This document shows, piece by piece, positions 59,657-64,000 of a stretch of 64,000 bases of DNA (positions are counted from its first letter, which is position 1; the number at the start of each line of letters is the position of its first letter). A program made the position numbers and the translations under genes. A model generated the notes under the pieces. The model worked only from the letters and a program-made list of their open reading frames with translations. It was not told the origin of the DNA and did not search any database. This DNA comes from Alphaproteobacteria bacterium (GTDB lineage: Bacteria > Pseudomonadota > Alphaproteobacteria > Rs-D84). The stretch lies in assembly GCA_009784815.1 (NCBI GenBank), contig WQXN01000002.1:3586-67585 (forward strand), given 5' to 3'.

Positions 59657-60591
59657 TGAAGGGAAGCAAGCTGACGGGATACGGGTACTACGTGCCGGAA
59701 AAGGTCGTGTCGAACTTCGATCTGGAATCGAAAATGGATACGACCGATGAATGGATATTTTCAAGAACCGGAATAAAACAGCGATACATAGCAAGGGACG
59801 ACGAAACGGTCGCGGATATGGCGGCGTTGGCGTCGAAACGCGCGCTGGATATGGCGGGGTTAAATCCGAATGACATAGACTGCGTAATCATGGCGACTAT
59901 CTCGGACCGCAAGGATTTTCCAGCTTCGGCGAATTACCTTTACGCGAAATTGGGCATGACCAACAACGCTCCGGCGTTTGACGTCAAGGCGGCCTGCACG
60001 GGGTTTGTCTATGCGATGCATATCGCAAGGGCATATTTTGCGGCGGGAATCTACAAAAGAATATTGATAGTCGGCTCTGAAAAAATGTCGCAAATGCTTG
60101 ATTGGACCGATAGGAATACGGCGGTGCTTTTTGGGGACGGAGCAGGGGCGTTTGTCTTCGAAGCCTCGGAAGAAGGCGATGGAATCATAGCTTCGGAAAT
60201 CTTTTCGGACGGATCTTTCACAGACCTGCTTTACGCCGATTCCGGCCTGGTCAAAATGGACGGCCGCGAGGTTTATAAGCACGCGGTCAGAAATATGAGC
60301 GCGGTGGGCCTCCAAGTGCTTGAATCCGCCGGCATGAGGATTGAAGACATAGACTGGCTGCTTCCTCATCAGGCCAATATAAGGATTATGGCCAGCGCGG
60401 CGGAAAAAATGGGCTTTCCGATGGATAAAGTTATCGCCAGCGTGGATCGGTTCGCCAATACAAGCGGGGCCTCGGGTGCGCTGGCCTTTGCTTATGCGGC
60501 GCAGCAGGGGCTTGCAAAACCTGGGCAGAGAATCTTATACACGGCGTTCGGCGCGGGCTTGACTTGGGGCGCCGCGGTTATTAAGATTTAG
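59656..60591 (+). CDS. fabH: 3-oxoacyl-ACP synthase III
   Basis: Catalytic triad context ACTGFVYA (Cys), HQANIRI (His), NTSGAS (Asn). Confidence 0.9.
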   Translation: MKGSKLTGYGYYVPEKVVSNFDLESKMDTTDEWIFSRTGIKQRYIARDDETVADMAALASKRALDMAGLNPNDIDCVIMATISDRKDFPASANYLYAKLGMTNNAPAFDVKAACTGFVYAMHIARAYFAAGIYKRILIVGSEKMSQMLDWTDRNTAVLFGDGAGAFVFEASEEGDGIIASEIFSDGSFTDLLYADSGLVKMDGREVYKHAVRNMSAVGLQVLESAGMRIEDIDWLLPHQANIRIMASAAEKMGFPMDKVIASVDRFANTSGASGALAFAYAAQQGLAKPGQRILYTAFGAGLTWGAAVIKI

Positions 60592-60606
60592 AAAAGAGGT
60601 ATCGTC

Positions 60607-60900
60607 ATGAATAATAAAAGCATAACGAGCATAACGCGTTCGGACTTCGCGGATATGATCAACAGCCAGGTCGGACTTTCCAAAGCCGAAAGCTATTCTA
60701 TGACGGACCTTATATTCTCCGAAATCGCGGACAGCCTGATCCGCGGCGAGGAAGTGAAGATAAGCGGCTTCGGAACCTTCAAAATACTTAACAAGCGCGA
60801 ACGCATGGGCAGAAACCCAAAAACGGGCGAACCTGCGGTAATATCGGCTCGCCGCACGGTAAGCTTTCATCCCTCGGCGAAATTAAAAAAGAAAGTTTGA
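60607..60900 (+). CDS. ihfA: integration host factor alpha subunit
   Basis: 97 aa; [34 protein letters not shown] arm. Confidence 0.8.
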   Translation: MNNKSITSITRSDFADMINSQVGLSKAESYSMTDLIFSEIADSLIRGEEVKISGFGTFKILNKRERMGRNPKTGEPAVISARRTVSFHPSAKLKKKV

Positions 60901-61271
60901 ATATGACGACTGGAGAGAACGCATATTTTTCATCTATATCGGACGTATCTAAAAAACTTGACCTTCCCTCGCACGTGCTCAGATTCTGGGAGAAACAATT
61001 CCCAACCTTCATAAAACCCACAACCGGGGCGGGCGGCCGCAGATACTACCGCGCCGCGGACGTAGCTGTACTTGATAAAATAAAAGACCTTTTATACAAG
61101 CAGGGCTATACGATCAGGGGCGTCAAAAAGCTTTTGTCTACGGGCGGCGGTTCCATGGTGGCGGACGCGCCCAAATCCGAAGGGCCAAAAAATATTTCCG
61201 AAGGCGAAATCGACCAAGCGATTGAATTGCTGCTGTCGGCATCTCTCGCTCTCAAAACCGCCGACGGTTAA
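60897..61271 (+). CDS. MerR-family transcriptional regulator (conserved downstream of ihfA in alphaproteobacteria)
   Basis: [25 protein letters not shown]...[19 protein letters not shown]. Confidence 0.7.
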   Translation: MNMTTGENAYFSSISDVSKKLDLPSHVLRFWEKQFPTFIKPTTGAGGRRYYRAADVAVLDKIKDLLYKQGYTIRGVKKLLSTGGGSMVADAPKSEGPKNISEGEIDQAIELLLSASLALKTADG

Positions 61272-61290
61272 GCAGACCCAAGGGGAGAGA

Positions 61291-63216
61291 ATGAACGTAT
61301 TCCTAATCGTTTTGGTGTTTCTGTTTATGGCGAGCTACTATTACCTTGGCGCGCCAAGCATGCGAACCGACATCAAAACCACAGAAGAAGTGCTGGAAGG
61401 CTCGGACGCCGCCGCCGCGACTTCCTGCGTCGTTGCGGTGCACCGCGCGGCAAGCGAACTGGCGCGTGCCGAAGACGACGTGGGCGCCGCTATCGACGCC
61501 AATCCCTGCGCGGCGCGTTTCAAAGTTTCGACAACTTCGGTCTGCCTGCGCAACGACGAAGTGGTGCGGGGCTGCCGCGTCGATCCCCGCGACGTTGATC
61601 CTATGCAAAAATACGTCATAACAAAATCATCATGGGTCGGGCCGGAAATGTCTGGCCTGGTTATGGATTCGATCCGCCGCCGTTACAGGAATCTGTCGGG
61701 ACTTGGAATGCTGATGACGGCGGAAGGCCAAGACGAATTCGGCGAAGCGTTCCGCCGCATGGCGATACTTTCCGTAGGCCGCCGCCCGGTCTGGCTAAGC
61801 GAATCGCTTGTGTCGGCCGCATCCCTGGAAACGGGAGATTTGGTATACCTGACTCAATACACGACGGACGAACTTCAATCCGAACAGATACGGCGCGAAG
61901 CCGGTCAGCTGATCTGCGCTCCGGGCGAAGTCAAAGTCTTCCGCTTCAGAACCTGGCGGTGCGAGCGGCCAACCCCGGTAATGCTTTGCCAAGGCGACAT
62001 GGTCTTCGACCGCGAACTCGGCGAATGCGTGCCTAACTTTTCCGCGCGCCCTATCTGCGGCGGCAATGAAACTGCGGTGATAATTGAAGGCGCATGGACC
62101 TGCCAGCTTCCGACCGACGCGATCGAATGCCCGCACGGCCGCGCGCCAAGCTTTGACTTTGAAACTTTGGAATGGGTATGCATCGGCGACCCGCTTGCCG
62201 CGCAGGAAGAAAACAAATGCGCGCCCGTCCGCACTCGCCGCGGAATTTTGGGAACGGCGGCCCCGCGCGCCCCGGTCAGTCATTGCAATGACTGCGAAGC
62301 CCAGGTCCAGGACCCCGAAACCTGCGAATTCGTCTGCATCCCGGACAGGGACAAACTTATGTTCAAAGGCTGCTACCCGAACGCGGCGGAATGCGACGCT
62401 GTCGGCGGACACAAAGCTTTCTACTTCGGATTTCCGAACGATTTGGCCTATATCCAGTCGTCTCTGAACAACGTGGCGGGCCTTGCTGCGGCGGGCATAC
62501 CGCAAACGGCGAACCATTCCGCGAACAGGAAATTCAACTGTCTTGATTGCTCTCCGTTCAAGGTCGATCTGAACACGGTGTTTCATCCCTACGTCGCGTC
62601 ATGCAGATTCGAAGGAACCCATTCGTCCGTCTGCGGTCCTAACGCGCTTTACGTGCCGAACATGACAATAGGCGCTCGCGGCAAATGCGAAAGCTTGGAA
62701 ACTCTGGAACGCATAGTGCCCCCGTGTCCTCCGGGCTATGCGCGTGCGACCCAATCGGCGGCCTGCAGCCCTAATTGGTGCGGCGGGGACAGCGGCAGGG
62801 CTGGCGTATACTGCGGCGCGCTAAGACCGCTTATGGTGCTGTCTGGGGACGGCTGCGCATACTGCATCAACCCGCGCGAAGACCAAATCCCAAGGCTGCT
62901 TGATCTGTCGATCGACATATCTAAGAACGCGGGCAACAACGGCTGGAATGGAAATTTAAGACTGGTGTGGGGCGCGGAACACGGTTACGAAATGCCTGTT
63001 GTTCCGGGCGGCATACCCGGCTTCGAACTGTTCGGCGGAAGAATATTCGCATACGAAAACATATTCGACCAGGGCAGGGTCATAGACCTGATAGACTCGG
63101 TCCAATGGGGTGATCAAACGGGAATGCCGGTGCCTATGCCCATAGCGGTCCCTCAAAATATGCTGAACTGCAGAATGCAGGGGCCTCGCTGCGCCCCCGA
63201 CCAAGTGTCCGAATAG
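61291..63216 (+). CDS. large secreted Cys-rich protein (about 50 Cys), hypothetical (start at MNVFLIVLVFLFMASYYY)
   Basis: 642 aa from ATG 61291; N-terminal hydrophobic signal/anchor; repeated C-x-x-C and CP/GC pairs across the whole length. Confidence 0.55.
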   Translation: MNVFLIVLVFLFMASYYYLGAPSMRTDIKTTEEVLEGSDAAAATSCVVAVHRAASELARAEDDVGAAIDANPCAARFKVSTTSVCLRNDEVVRGCRVDPRDVDPMQKYVITKSSWVGPEMSGLVMDSIRRRYRNLSGLGMLMTAEGQDEFGEAFRRMAILSVGRRPVWLSESLVSAASLETGDLVYLTQYTTDELQSEQIRREAGQLICAPGEVKVFRFRTWRCERPTPVMLCQGDMVFDRELGECVPNFSARPICGGNETAVIIEGAWTCQLPTDAIECPHGRAPSFDFETLEWVCIGDPLAAQEENKCAPVRTRRGILGTAAPRAPVSHCNDCEAQVQDPETCEFVCIPDRDKLMFKGCYPNAAECDAVGGHKAFYFGFPNDLAYIQSSLNNVAGLAAAGIPQTANHSANRKFNCLDCSPFKVDLNTVFHPYVASCRFEGTHSSVCGPNALYVPNMTIGARGKCESLETLERIVPPCPPGYARATQSAACSPNWCGGDSGRAGVYCGALRPLMVLSGDGCAYCINPREDQIPRLLDLSIDISKNAGNNGWNGNLRLVWGAEHGYEMPVVPGGIPGFELFGGRIFAYENIFDQGRVIDLIDSVQWGDQTGMPVPMPIAVPQNMLNCRMQGPRCAPDQVSE

Positions 63217-63256
63217 ACCTTGACTTATCGGCAACCCTCAGGATATAATTCTCGCA

Positions 63257-64000
63257 TGAAAAAACCTCCAAAACTTATAGTCAGCATAACTTCGTTCCCG
63301 GCGGCGATTCCAATCGCGGCCCAGGCGATAAGATCGATTTTCAAACAAAGCATCCGGCCGGACAAGATAGTGCTTTATCTTACGTCGGAACAGTTTCCGG
63401 GTAAAAAATTGCCGGTGGAAATCAAGGCTTTGCAAAAAGAAAGCAAAATTTTCGAAGTCCGTTTCTGTGATGAAAACATCAAGTCGTACACAAAACTTAT
63501 CCCGGCGCTGAAAGATTTTCCGAACGACATGATCATAACGATCGACGACGACGTGATATACCCGCGCAGCATGATAAGTCAGCTGACGCGCCGTCATAAA
63601 AAATATCCGAACGCGATCGTGGGCCTTCGCGTCAAGCGCGTCCGTTTTGGCGAAGACGGCCGCCTGCTTCCTCATCGGCAGTGGAAAAATTATAAGACCT
63701 TTAGATTTCTGTGGCTTCATTCGCGTCCGCGTCTTAACAATCAGCTGATGGGCGTAAGCGGGGTTCTTTATCCTCCGCGCGTCTTCCCGCCCCAAGTCTT
63801 TGACTCGAATACCTTTATGAAAATAGCGCCGACGGTCGACGATATCTGGTTCTGGCTTATGGCTGTGAAAAAAGGAACCAAGACTACTTTCGTCCCTTGG
63901 GGCAGCGGCAGTATGCATCTTAACAACGCGCGCGTTAAGGGTATGGGAAAACCAAAATCTATCACGCTGACGTTCCAAAACTTCCATTGCGGTAAGGACG
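63257..64000 (+). CDS. putative DXD-motif glycosyltransferase (3' end beyond window)
   Basis: TTGACT-N18-TATAAT at 63218-63247, ATG 63257. MKKPPKLIVSITSFPAAIP...ITIDDDVIYP...DDIWF. No stop in window, so absent from the six-frame track. Confidence 0.5.

Noticed and set aside
63238-63987. 249-aa minus-strand ORF in the track
   Set aside because: Antisense shadow of the plus-strand DXD glycosyltransferase ORF (63257 onward). The plus-strand ORF has a promoter, a plausible N-terminus and enzyme-like motifs but no stop in the window, hence missing from the track.

Overview
64-kb chromosomal window from a Gram-negative bacterium. It is most consistent with an alphaproteobacterium with a reduced, host-associated lifestyle: the gene order rpmF-plsX-fabH-ihfA-merR, a short RNase E, and a 23S-5S rrn tail. 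The window opens inside a 23S rRNA (5' end cut by the window edge) followed by 5S rRNA. Housekeeping blocks include rne, a tRNA methyltransferase, lpxA-lpxB, groES-groEL-dut, lon-tsaB-rimI, tag, ileS, lysA, a single-polypeptide accD-accA fusion, ihfB, rpmF-plsX-fabH-ihfA and 5 tRNAs. These are interleaved with accessory material. (i) An operon-like cluster of large secreted Cys-rich / glycine-zipper / low-complexity proteins at 9.8-16.1 kb, plus another at 61.3-63.2 kb. (ii) An AT-rich tRNA-flanked islet at 16.2-19.8 kb with an M23-peptidase remnant. (iii) A Csu/SCPU-type chaperone-usher pilus operon at 49.5-54.2 kb. (iv) A MotA/MotB-like stator pair whose MotB has a long coiled coil. (v) A translationally coupled secreted-protein + B12-radical-SAM module. 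(vi) Tandem PagL-like outer-membrane proteins and a decayed ABC exporter. The strongest signal read directly from the sequence is a reiterated promoter cassette, TTGAC(A/T)-N6-9-poly(G)8-10-TA(G/A)NNT, present at 7 loci (one as a divergent pair). It has an uninterrupted G9/G10 tract at six sites, an interrupted (locked) tract at two, and current -35/-10 spacers of 15, 17, 18 or 19 nt. This is the architecture of slipped-strand phase-variable promoters. A further G9 tract lies inside the coding sequence of the 656-aa secreted protein. No CRISPR array, integrase or transposase was recognised.
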